DNA from: Octopus sinensis
Lineage: Eukaryota
Direction: 5' to 3'
DNA length: 64,000 nucleotides
Assembly: GCF_006345805.1 (NCBI RefSeq)
Contig: NC_043011.1
Span: 44,280,464 to 44,344,463 of the forward strand
Below the pieces are notes generated by a model. It saw nothing but the letters and a program-made list of their open reading frames with translations, was not told the DNA's origin and searched no databases. Below, piece by piece: positions 23,835 through 35,253 of the stretch. A program made the position numbers and the translations under genes. Each line of letters opens with the position of its first letter. The first letter of the stretch is position 1.

Positions 23835-25307
23835 CATATGTATAGGTATATATATATATATATTATATACATACACACACCACACATATATATATACATA
23901 CATATATATATGTATATATAATATACATCTTTTTTTGGGCCTTTTTTCACTGAGAAATTTGGGGCATAAAAGATGTCACAGAATGTTGACAGAAAAATAT
24001 AAAATATCAAATAAAATAAATATTACAAAACAAGAGAGAAAAGAAAAACAAACAAAAGGAAAATAACAAAGTAAGTAAAACAACAATTCGTAAGAGGCTA
24101 GCATCTTAACCAGGGGGATAAGACGCTCCTCAAACCATTTTAGCAAGTTGAAACATTTGGAATATGTATCAGCAGTGCCACTTCACCAGCGAATAAACGT
24201 TTGTTGTTGATTTTTTTCAGGGCTGGAGAGTGGTGGTGGGGATGGGGGGAAATGGTAGTAGTAATAGTTGGAGGAGGAGGAAGAGGAGTAAAATGTGACA
24301 AATAATGGTAAAAAAAAAAATACAAAAAATACACACAAATTTGAAGTTTATGTATTTTAAACTTCTGGAAGATTTTCAAAATTGATTCAAAGTTGTTTGT
24401 CATTTTTTTTTCATTTTTTTAGTTCCCCACCCTCCAATATTGTCCAAAAAATGTCTGTGGAAATTCTTTAGAATTGATTCCAAAATTCTTTAAAGTTTTG
24501 TTATTATTTCTTTTTTGGGGGAGTTTTCTTTTTTTTCCTCCTAAGAAAATATTCTCTAGAACATTTTAAAAATTCATTCAGAGATTAATATTATTGTTAT
24601 ATTTCTTATCTCTTGAAATATTCCGGAGAAATATTTGTCCAATTCCAGGTACCAAAGAATTTAAAATGGCACTTTATTTATTTATTTATCACGGTTTTTG
24701 TTTTGTCTTTTCTCGTTCTATTTCAAGTTTTCTTCCTTTTTTATTCTTTTTCTCTTTCTTTGAATTCTTCTTCTTCTGCTTCTTCTTTCTTTCTTTCATT
24801 CTTTCTTTTCTTTTCTTTCTTACATTAGCCTTCTATTTTTCTTTCAATGTCTACATTAATTTCATTCATATATACATATATATATATATGTGTGTGTATA
24901 TATATATATACATATTAATATATATATAATATATATAATATATATATATATATATAATATATATATATATATGTACATATATGTATAATATATACACATA
25001 TATATATATATATATGTAAATATATATATATATATTGTATATATATATATATTATTATATATATTATATTATATTTATATATATATATATGTATATAAAT
25101 ATAATGTATGTATGAACGTATGCATGTATACTGTCCCCTTCTGTTGCTTCATAGCCTTTTATTTTTTCATTTTCTGATGGGACAGGCCCCTTCTCATATA
25201 AACATTTATTTCATTATTAGCCATTTCACTTTCCTTTTCTTTCTTTCTTTCTTTCCTTTTTTTCCTTCCTCCTTTCTTTCTTGAAGCAGTAGAAATAGTA
25301 GTAGAAA

Positions 25308-25367
<60 letters not shown>

Positions 25368-25609
25368 ATTGTATCATCTTTTTCTGTTGTGCACATTACC
25401 AATTGGTTAATTAGTAATTCATTATTCCCAATTTTCCTCGTTAAGGCCTGTTTCTTTATTATTCATTAACTTCTTTCTTTTTTTTCTTTTTTTCCTTTTC
25501 TTTCAATCTTGCATTGTTCATATGGAGGAGTGGGGGCAGGTAATCGCTTGATTAAATTAATCAATAATTTGATTAATCAATTTGATTGATTAACTAATAA
25601 TTATCCGAT

Positions 25610-25768
25610 TTATTTGAAATTCCACATATTGTAAAAGATCCAGTAGAAGACATTAAACAAACCAAATACCAGTGGGAAGGTGTACCGTGCAACCTTGTCG
25701 AAGAATCGCGCTGATTGCTTGTTGTTAGGAATGCCGTGGTCGCCTTCTGTATCTGGTCCGTTCTCTTG
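25610..25768 (-). CDS. Terminal coding exon of a Cys-loop ligand-gated ion channel, GABA-A/glycine/GluCl-like (end of M3-M4 loop plus M4 helix)
   Basis: After acceptor ttgtttcattgcAG the minus strand reads QENGPDTEGDHGIPNNKQSARFFDKVARYTFPLVFGLFNVFYWIFYNMWNFK* (159 nt, phase 0). ARxxDKxARxxFPxxFxxFNxxYW is the classic M4 signature of anion-type Cys-loop receptors. This frame is absent from the ORF track (no start codon). Confidence 0.87.
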   Translation of the reverse strand, partial: QENGPDTEGDHGIPNNKQSARFFDKVARYTFPLVFGLFNVFYWIFYNMWNFK

Positions 25769-25880
25769 CTGCAATGAAACAACATAGAAAGTATAGTAAG
25801 AAGTGAAGGACAGTGTTGTTGTTAATAATAATAATAATAATAATAATAATGATAATAATATTAATAATAATAATAATAAT

Positions 25881-26233
25881 AAGACCTGCTAATAGAAATC
25901 GAAAAAATGTGGCATCTCAAGGCAACTACAGTACCAGTGATTGTAGGATCTCTAGGAATGATAAAAAAAGGTACTGAAACATCATCATCATCATCATCAT
26001 CATTTAACGTCCATTCTCCATGCTAGCATGGGTTGGACAGTTCGACTGGGGATCTGGGAAGCCAGAAGGCTGCACCAGGCTCCAGTCTTATCTGGCAATG
26101 TTTCTACAGCTGGATGCCCTTCCTAACGCCAACCACTCCGTGTGTGATTCCAGGCTTACCATCCCTACAGGAAGTGCAAAAAATCGTATTAACTGAAACG
26201 GCTCATGTACTGAGAAGAGCGCTATCGCTGTGA
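25881..26233 (+). mobile_element. R4/Dong-type (restriction-like endonuclease) non-LTR 3' fragment, interrupted by a SINE
   Basis: DLLIEIEKMWHLKATTVPVIVGSLGMIKKGTE, then an insertion, then PGLPSLQEVQKIVLTETAHVLRRALSL*. It starts directly after an (AAT)n tract. Confidence 0.8.
25981..26142 (-). mobile_element. SINE/RTE-tail fragment with (GAT)n tail
   Basis: (tca)n-tttaacgtcc..ccatgctagcatgggttggac..ggatgcccttcctaacgccaacc; it interrupts the R4/Dong fragment. Confidence 0.7.
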
Positions 26234-26402
26234 AAATAACATCCATCCATGAATTTATTTATTTATTAATTTTTAAATATATATTTTATCTGTGAATTTG
26301 TGCACGTAATCTGGGAATGCATACAATGCCCTTCTCTGCCCTAGATGTATGGAAAACACTCGGTGAGAAATGGAAGAAAATTTGAAGAAAGAAGGAAAAA
26401 CC

Positions 26403-26455
<53 letters not shown>

Positions 26456-26489
26456 CATAATCATAATCATAATGATGATGATAATAATC

Positions 26490-26705
26490 TTTTCTATTCT
26501 AGGCACAAGGCACGAAATTTTTGGGGGAGCCGGGGACCAGTTGATTAAGTCAACCCCAGTATGCTACGGGTACTTAACTTATCGACTCCAAAAGGATGAA
26601 AGACAAAGCTGACCTGAGTGGAATTTGAACTCAGAACATAAAGACAAATGAAATACTGCTAAGCATTTCATCCCGCATGCTAACAATTCTGTCAGCTCAC
26701 CAACT
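26490..26705 (-). mobile_element. Family A SINE
   Basis: Full tail-to-head match, CpG-decayed. Confidence 0.8.
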
Positions 26706-26749
26706 TAATAATAATTATAATAATAATGATAATAATAATAATGATAATG

Positions 26750-27310
26750 CCCGGATGCAGTACCAGGCAGTGGCTCTCATGGCTTCTGATCATAACTGAT
26801 TGGAAGTGTTATCATGTACATTGTTTTGTTTTGGTATAAAAGATGGGCTACAGCAAATATTCTGCTCAATACCACAGATTTGCTTGTCAATTGTTTGACC
26901 TTAACCAGTTGAGCATGTCCCTTAGTGGCTGACGATATAAGCATCTGTGATCATGAGCAGTAGTGGGGGAGCATCATGGCCATGTGTTGAGAGGAATTCA
27001 TTGGGGGTTGCATAATTCACCTTTGGAAACATAGGTTTTTCATTCATCATTCTTAAACAATCCTTATTCAGGGAGCTTATGAACAAGATAAGCTACTCTA
27101 CCTGAAGAAAATTCTAACTGGGCCCCACCTGCAAGGTCATGTGCTGTTTATCTTGATATGAGATCACCATGTTGCGCACATATGGTTGTGATGCATGTGG
27201 CTGGTGTACCCTTTTCAGAAGGGTAGTCATGATGGGTAAACTGGGCTTCATATATTTGTACCCCAATTTTACTTTGATGGCAAGCACTGCTCTCTTACTC
27301 AATAATAGTA
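26750..27310. mobile_element. ~560-bp interspersed element flanked on both sides by (AAT)n
   Basis: Non-coding, higher-GC block embedded in an AAT microsatellite; possibly the 3'UTR or a derivative of a TAA-targeting R4/Dong element. Confidence 0.45.
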
Positions 27311-27346
27311 ATAATAATAAAAATAAAGATAATAATAATAATAATA

Positions 27347-27405
<59 letters not shown>

Positions 27406-27652
27406 TGGCAACAATTATAGTTTATGGTTTCAAATTTTGGTACAAGACCACCAATTTTGAGGGGAGGCATGTTAGTCAATTACATAGACCCCCCAATGCT
27501 CAACTGGTATTTTATTTCATTGGCCCTTAAAGAATAAGTTGACCTCAGCAAGATTTGAATACAGAACATAAAATAAAATCTAGAAGAACGATCACAAAGC
27601 CTTTTTTCTTTTCTTCATACCCTAATGATTCTGTCAATTCCCTGTTTTAAAT

Positions 27653-28050
27653 TACCATATTTTAACGTGTATAAGGACCTTGCATGCATAAGGAACCCCC
27701 TAAGTTTCAGGGCTTAAACTTTGGAAAAAAGGTTTCGTAAGGCATTATAATATTATCCTTGTATAAGAAACTCCCATATTTTTTAAATCTAATTTTTAAT
27801 TAAAAAATAAAAGAGTTCCTTATACATATTAAAATGCGGTAATTATAACAATGATATTTCGTTTTTGGATTTGGTTTGCAAGATTCTTTATATGAGTTCG
27901 TGTGTTGAAGCATATTCTTTTGTGTCTGGGAAGAGTTAAGACTATTGAAAAGGTGGCAAGACGTAACGAAAATTTTAGGAAAATAAAAATAAAAATAAGA
28001 AAAAAGTGGAAATTTTATCGGTGAGTGTGTTACATTATAAGGCACAAAAA
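27653..28050 (+). mobile_element. Possible pogo/Tigger-like non-autonomous fragment
   Basis: Starts TACCATATTTTTAACGTGTATAAGG and contains CATTATAAGG motifs typical of Tigger/pogo MITE ends. Degenerate. Confidence 0.3.
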
Positions 28051-28754
28051 GAAAATGACTCTCCCCAGACACAACAGTATAACAATAGTGATAATTAATA
28101 ATTCTGGTAATTTCAGTTAATCAATTTGAGGGAAGTGGAGATGGGCAGTCTATTACATTGACTGAATATTTGACTGGTTCTCATTTTATTGTTTGCTTGA
28201 AACAAAAGGAAACTTAAGTTCAACCCAAGTGGGATTTGAACTCAGAACATTGAATACCGCTAAGTATTTTTCCAATGTTCCTATTAATCTACAAGTTATT
28301 AATATATACTTCTTCTGTTATTGTTAGTTATGTATTCTTCAGGAGGGGAGGCGTACGGTTGATTAAAGCTGTTTCTCCTATTTGTGACGTACTTATAAAG
28401 GCACTCTCAGGGAAACCACTTGGTAGTCAATTGGCTGCTAAAAATAGCAGCTAAATCACCTCAAACTATGATTTACCAATTTAAAAAAAGAAAAGATACT
28501 CGTAGATGCTCTATAAGCGAGAAATAATAATAACTAAACATGACGACCACGACTAGAATGTCCTTTATCATAGATCTTCTTGATTATCCGAGATTAGCGA
28601 AGTTATTGAAAGAAAATAAAGTTTAGGTGGTGTTAAAGACTACTACTCAAAATTTCTTGTTAAAAAAATTTTATCAAGGGAGATAACTCTGAAATGATAA
28701 TTTTTATCGAAGTTTCTGGATAGCTGAGACAAAAAATATAAGGGTGGATCTGGT

Positions 28755-29052
28755 GTTTCAAGCCAATATATACATTCTGCGTTATGGCTATGCATATGTA
28801 TGTATATAATCTGTGCCAAAGCTAATAAATACACCATGTACCAAAGCCAATATATACATTCTGTGACATTCATCTGGCAACCGAGGCGAAAGCTATTGGG
28901 ATAGGTCTGGTGTTTTGTTTAAACCTAATATATACACTCTGCACTGTAACCAGTATAGACACCACTTTTCTATGCCATTATATACACTCTGTGCCATTCA
29001 TTTGGACAATCGAGATCTATGACTTTGAGATGAATCTGGTGTCTGAGGCCAA

Positions 29053-29055
<3 letters not shown>
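28755..29055. repeat. Degenerate tandem repeat
   Basis: Recurrent gcc(a)atatataca(t/c)tctg and (g/a)tctggtgt blocks. Confidence 0.6.
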
Positions 29056-29342
<287 letters not shown>

Positions 29343-29926
29343 CACCATGTGTCATAGCCAGTATATATATATACTTAACTAGCATCATAGCCAACATATA
29401 ACCTGCGCCGTGCATCATAAGTCTGATACTATTTTTACGATCAACGCTTGTTTATAATTTTTTTTTGTTTGTTTTTTTGGTCTGGTTTTTGTTACACAGA
29501 ATCTCTGTAGCCGCCAGACCAAGAATGTTGACGGACTTGCGTTAACATGCATTTTATCGTCGTAAAAAAGTGAAAGTATATCGTCCTAAAAAACATGAAA
29601 GTAAAATGCTATCGAAACCGGAAGTGACGACAGTGATAGCCCATAATTTCATGTAAACAATACATTTGACACTCTCTTGCTTACATGTACATCAGTCGAA
29701 TTATTCTTAATATATTCAAACAGCTCTTCTCAAAAAAAAAGGGGGGGAGTTCATTTGCATAGATCGAACGAATCCACAGGAACAAGCCACCGCTTCCCAT
29801 CAGTTCTTTCTGCACAACTCATTAATTATGCAGGAGTATAGCATTGCTCAAGGGGTAATTGTGTGGCTATTAGGTGTCAACAGGAAAGCCACCGAATTGC
29901 CACCTCAGTAGTGTCTGTGATGGGTA

Positions 29927-30150
29927 TACGAAAGGGTACCGAAAGGTTGCTGGTTTTTGGGGTAAAAGAAAATACCGGAAGATCAGTTAATTATGATTTT
30001 ATTCAACATATTCCCCTCTCAGATTCACACACTTATTGCAGCGATCCTTCAGGTGTTCTAAGTCCTGTAAAAGAACTCGGAAGATTGGGCCTTCGACCAG
30101 GCTTTTTGCGACACCCTTAAAGCCAGGAACTTTTCAGCACCCCTTCGTAG
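29927..30150 (-). mobile_element. Mariner-derived MITE
   Basis: Imperfect TIRs TACGAAAGGGTACCGAAAGGTT / AACTTTTCAGCACCCCCTTCGTA, with TA on the left. The interior carries the mariner C-terminus LKDRCNKCVNLRGEYVE*. Confidence 0.8.
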
Positions 30151-30369
30151 TACGTTGGAACGGGGGCCTTAGCTGCTATTTCTGAAATACTTACCACATC
30201 ACTAAAATATACTATACATGTTGGTGAGTGTGTACATAGTGCAATGAGGAGTTCTTTATATTCTTTTACCGAAATTATGTTACGGTGTGCTACTCCCACC
30301 ACTTCCGGTTTAAATCGCATTTTTTTTCATTTTTAGGACAATTTACTTTCACTTTCTACACCAATAAAC

Positions 30370-31295
30370 TACATAATGACATAGATGCCAATTTAAAGAA
30401 TGCCACAGTATTGAAATATGCAGACGACATCAAGCTGTACCTTGAAATCAAGAGGACAGATCCTGATGTCTACAACTCTTTCCTGCAATCAGACCTAGAC
30501 ACAATGCAGCAATGGATCACAGACTGGCAACTGAAACTGGCTGTGGACAAGTGTACCACCATGCATTTTGGGAGAAAAAACCCTGCGTCCACATACTCCC
30601 TTCACAACACTGATATCAAGAAATCCTCTTGCGAGCGTGACCTAGGCATCACTGTCAGCAGTGATTTGCGTTGGACAAAGCATATCTCTAAAATTGTCAA
30701 GAAGGTCGAGGGTGTCTTGGCATCACTCAGCAAGACTTTTGTTAGCCGCTCTCCAGCCATCTATTTAAAACTGTATACAGCTATGGTACGACCACACTTG
30801 GAATTCGCATCATCAGTTTGGAATCCCTATCTTGCTCAGAACATTGACCTCCTGGAATCTGTCCAGAGACGTGCAACCAAACGCATACCCTCCATCAGAC
30901 ACCTACCATATTCTGAGCGCCTTGTTTCCCTGGGCATGGATTCACTGAAGCTCCGGCGTCTGGCGACGGACTTGGTAAACACCCACAAGGTTATCAACCA
31001 CCTCACCAACAACAACACTGAACACCTTTTTGATCTCCATGTGTCTAACACACGTGGACATGCCTACAAAGTCAGAAAACAGCACAGCTCCCATGACTTT
31101 CGGAAACATTTTTTCACGCTCAGGGTTGCTGAAGCGTGGAATAAACTGCCTGCATCAGTTGTTGACTGCCATGACACTGCATCCTTTAAGGCCCTCATGC
31201 TTCCCGAAATCCGTCGAAACTACACCTGATTATATATACACTTTAGATGAGTTGTAGTGCACCTGAGCACTGTACACAATTATTATTATTATTAT
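30370..31295 (+). mobile_element. 5'-truncated CR1-clade LINE: RT C-terminus, 3'UTR and (ATT)n tail
   Basis: The uninterrupted ORF 30285-31229 has KYADDIKL, ERDLGI, LKLYTAMVRPHLEFASSVWNPY, LESVQRRATK, RGH and FFTLRVAEAWNKLP. It ends GTGCACCTGAGCACTGTACACAATT(ATT)n. Confidence 0.95.
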
Positions 31296-31893
31296 TATTT
31301 TTATATTAATCCAGACTTATTACCCATTTTTCAGCCACTACTTTTATTCATTGCATAAAATAACATACCTACATTACGTAAACAATAACAATGTAGGGCT
31401 ACCGGTTTCTAAGGGGTTGAATCCAACTTAAAGACCCTCCAAATGTGTCGGTGTGTTTACATCCCTGCTAAAAAGGTCGATAGATTAAGTACTGACTTTA
31501 AATTCTGGAATCGATTTGTTCGACTAAAACCCACCAAGGCGGTGCTCCAGCACGGCCGCAGTCCAGTGACTGAAACACTCATAAAATAAACGATAAAATA
31601 TATATACATACATGTATGTATATATGCATGTATATATTATATATTTTCATAGTACTGAGTTGTGTTCCTTTTCTGTTAATTATCTGTATCAATCTCCTTT
31701 ATAATAATCATTATTCTGTGACTGATCAACTCTCCTTTTACTCCCTACCTCCTACTCTCTCTCTCTCTCTCTCTCTCTGTCATGTACTCTATCCCTCTCT
31801 CTACTCCTTCTATTCTTACTTCCTTCTTCTCTGTATACTCTCTCTTCCCCGTCTATCTCTAACGCGTTCAGGTGCTCGATCTATGCAAGGGAC

Positions 31894-32363
31894 TTAACTC
31901 CTATAATATTCTTTTCTACTCTATGCACAAGTCCCGAAATTTTTGGCAAGGGAACCTGTCGATTAGATCGTCACCTGTACGCGACTGGTACTTAATTTAT
32001 CGACACCCGAAAGGATGAAAGGTAAAGTCGACCTCGGTAGAATTTAAATCCAGAACATAAAGACAGACGAAATACCGCTAAGAATCTCGCTCAGCGTGTT
32101 AACGTTTCTGCAAGCTCGCCGCTTTCTTAACTCCTATAATATTCTTTTCTACTCTAGGCACAAGGCCTGAAATTTTGGGGGATGGCCCCAGTCGATTAGA
32201 TCGACTCCAGTACGCAACTGGTACTTAATTTATCGACACCCGAAAGGATGAAAGGTAAAGTCGACCTCGGCGGAATTTGAACTCAACGAAAATACCGCAA
32301 ATTATTTCGCCCTGCGTGTTAACGTTTCTGCCACCTCGCAGCCTTCTTAATTCCTATAATATT
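31894..32363 (-). mobile_element. Tandem duplicated pair of family A SINEs (~232-bp unit)
   Basis: Two copies share the flank ttaactcctataatattcttttctactcta and the variant atcgacacccgaaaggatgaaaggtaaagtcgacc. Confidence 0.85.
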
Positions 32364-32449
32364 AGCGTAAGGTGACCGAGCAATAATACGGTTAACTTAA
32401 GAGGCCAATAATTCACAGTAGTAGTAGTAATAATAATAATAATAATAAT

Positions 32450-32735
32450 AATAGTTGTTTGTTCCTTCTCGAGCCACGCCTGGCTCATAGGTCCGGTTTC
32501 CCGGTTTCTTTGGGGTATAGGCTCCCCACCTGGACGGGACGCCAGTCCGTTGCAGGTGAGCTGCAAAATGCAGGAGGAAAGAGTGAGAGAAAGTTGTGGC
32601 GAAAGAGTCAGCAGAAGTTCGCCATTACCTTCTGCCGGAGCCGCGTGGAGCTTAGCTGTTTCGCTGATAAACACACACATCACCCGGTCTGAGATTCGAA
32701 CCCGCGATACGACGACCACGATCCACTTCTCTAAC
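32450..32735 (-). mobile_element. SINE family C
   Basis: Reverse copy (ccgggaaaccgg, cttctctaaccacta). Confidence 0.8.
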
Positions 32736-33009
32736 CACTAATAATAGCAGTAAATCTGAAAGAGTCACTTGTAGTACTGGTAGTGGTAGAAGTAGTAGTA
32801 GATGCGGAGATGATGGAAGTAATAACAATAGTAGTATTAGGGATTTTGTGATATTCAAACTAATCCCAAGGATAAAAAGATATAATGTAACGTATGTGTT
32901 GTGTTGTGTGTGTAACTAACGTTAGAAGTGATAATGGAGAGAAGAATGCACGTAGGCCACGATACTCATTGAGATCCCTCCTCTATTCGCCGCTTCTCTA
33001 AAGTAGAAA

Positions 33010-33182
33010 CTAACACGCATGCGTGACTCTGTGCTAAGAAGATTGGCTTCCTAACTATATTGTTCCGGGTTCAGTCCCCCCGCGTGGCACCTTCGGCAAG
33101 TGTTTACAACTATATATAGCTGCTGACCGACGAAAGCCTTGTGAATGGATTTGTTAGCCGGAAACTGAAGGAAGACCATCAC

Positions 33183-33238
<56 letters not shown>

Positions 33239-33510
33239 AATATATATATATATGTATATGCAAATATATATATATATGCAAATATGTATACATCTACATA
33301 TATATGTGTGTCTTTGTGTTAGTGTCTGTCCATGTATCCGTTTTGAAATGTGTTGGTTTGTTTACATCCCCGTAACCTCTCAGTTCGGCAAAAGTGACCG
33401 ATAGTATAAGTACGAGGTTTGAAAAAAAAGAGAGAACTAGGGTCGATTCATTCGACTAAAACACTTCAAGACAGTGGTCCAGCATGGCCGTAATTTAAAG
33501 ACTGAAACTA
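33010..33510 (+). mobile_element. SINE family B with expanded internal (TA)n
   Basis: gttccgggttcagtcc..gtggcaccttcggcaagtg..ggaaactgaaggaag..catccccgtaac..ccagcatggccg. Confidence 0.8.
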
Positions 33511-33988
33511 ATAGAAGACGTTTACTACAACAAAACGAAGAACATGACAGAATATGATGGAATCGGGAGAGCGCCTGACCAAAGGGTTGTGGTATGTTAG
33601 CTAGGCTGCTTTATGTTTCAGCATAATGTATAGTACCAGTGATATTAGGGGGGTTGGATTGGTGTTGAGTTTCGGGTTTTATACGCCAGGGTTAAATAAA
33701 AAAAAATACCAGTGATATACTGGGCTGACTTTTTTTTTTTTTTTCGTATACGTCAGGGAGTTTAAAATAGAAAATAACAAAAACACGTCAAAGATTTTAA
33801 GAAGAAAGTGAGATGAGGAATGAAACATTTTGGTTTGAAATAGAAAAAAACAAAAAAAGAAGAAAAAAAGAAAAGAAAATTATCAAACATTATCTTTAGA
33901 CATTGCCATCAAATACTATAAAACATGTAATACTATATTAAATCATCATCATCATCATCAATAACATCATCATCATCTTCATCATCAT

Positions 33989-34019
<31 letters not shown>

Positions 34020-34317
34020 ATCATCATCATCATCATCATCATCATTATAATGATTGTTGTCACCAATGTCATCATCATCACCAGCATCAGCAGCAGCATC
34101 ACCACCACCACCACCACCACCACCACCATCATTATCACCTCTACCAACATTATATATATATATATAAGAGATGGTGTTGTGGATTTCCACTTCGGCATCT
34201 GAAACTCAGAGTTTTATCTTGACTTTTGAGTAATTGTAACATATTATTTTATAGATAAATTTCCACTATTTACATAATATGAGGTCTCTTTCTTTCTTTA
34301 TCTTACCGTTTTTACCA

Positions 34318-34319
<2 letters not shown>

Positions 34320-34356
<37 letters not shown>

Positions 34357-34377
34357 TATATATATATGTATATATAT

Positions 34378-34417
<40 letters not shown>

Positions 34418-34422
34418 TTATA

Positions 34423-34520
<98 letters not shown>
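34320..34520. repeat. (TA)n microsatellite
   Basis: Directly visible; one of more than 20 (TA)n tracts in the window. Confidence 0.97.
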
Positions 34521-34790
34521 GAAATGAGGGTGAGAAATTGGATATTAATTTGATTAAATCAACATCAATTTAATACCAGTGGTCTAGTACATAAAATCTG
34601 AAGGTTCAGTAAACTGTATTATATACAAATGAGAGGGATGACCACTATGTGGACAACTTTTATGCTAGAAGTAGATCCGCTATCGTCTTACCACTAAGAG
34701 ATGTGGTAAGACCATAGCGGTAAGTGGTAAGACCTTTGCGAATCTACGTCTAGCATAAGGGTTGTCCACATAGTTGTCATCCCTCTCATT

Positions 34791-34859
<69 letters not shown>

Positions 34860-34917
34860 CGTTATTGGTGAATTGAAGAAATGGAGCTGAACGCAGATTG
34901 AACAGAAATCGTTTTAT

Positions 34918-35004
34918 TTCATTCTACACGTGTTTCGAAAGGCACAAATTACCAAAATCCGAATGAATAATGGGACCATATTGTGTCTTTCTCTTCAGGA
35001 AGAA
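34918..35004 (-). ncRNA. Mirror-image hammerhead ribozyme in the left arm of the palindrome
   Basis: Reverse complement of the 35167-35253 motif (TCTTCAG at 34992-98, TTTC at 34933-36, CACGTG at 34927-32). Confidence 0.85.
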
Positions 35005-35166
35005 AAAAGGAAATCCGTTGGAAAAACAAAAACAGAACAGAGGCGGAGCAAAAACAAATCGAACTATGCTCCTAAGAGCCCATGGGCTCTTAGGAGCATA
35101 GTTCGATTTGTTTTTGTTTTTGCTCCGCCTCTGTTCTGTTTTTGTTTTTCCAACGGATTTCCTTTT

Positions 35167-35253
35167 TTCTTCCTGAAGAGAAAGACACAATATGGTCCCA
35201 TTATTCATTCGGATTTTGGTAATTTGTGCCTTTCGAAACACGTGTAGAATGAA
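35167..35253 (+). ncRNA. Minimal type I hammerhead ribozyme (Penelope-like element type)
   Basis: The layout is ttc-CTGAAGA(35173-79)-stem II gaaagacaca/tgtgcctttc-GAAA(35235-38)-palindromic helix III CACGTG-TA cleavage site(35245-46)-gaa. The full catalytic core is present, with stem I ttc/gaa extendable. Confidence 0.85.

Noticed and set aside
34924-35247. Two near-identical 105-aa ORFs on opposite strands
   Set aside because: They are a by-product of the palindrome, with no protein motif; the informative content is the ribozyme.
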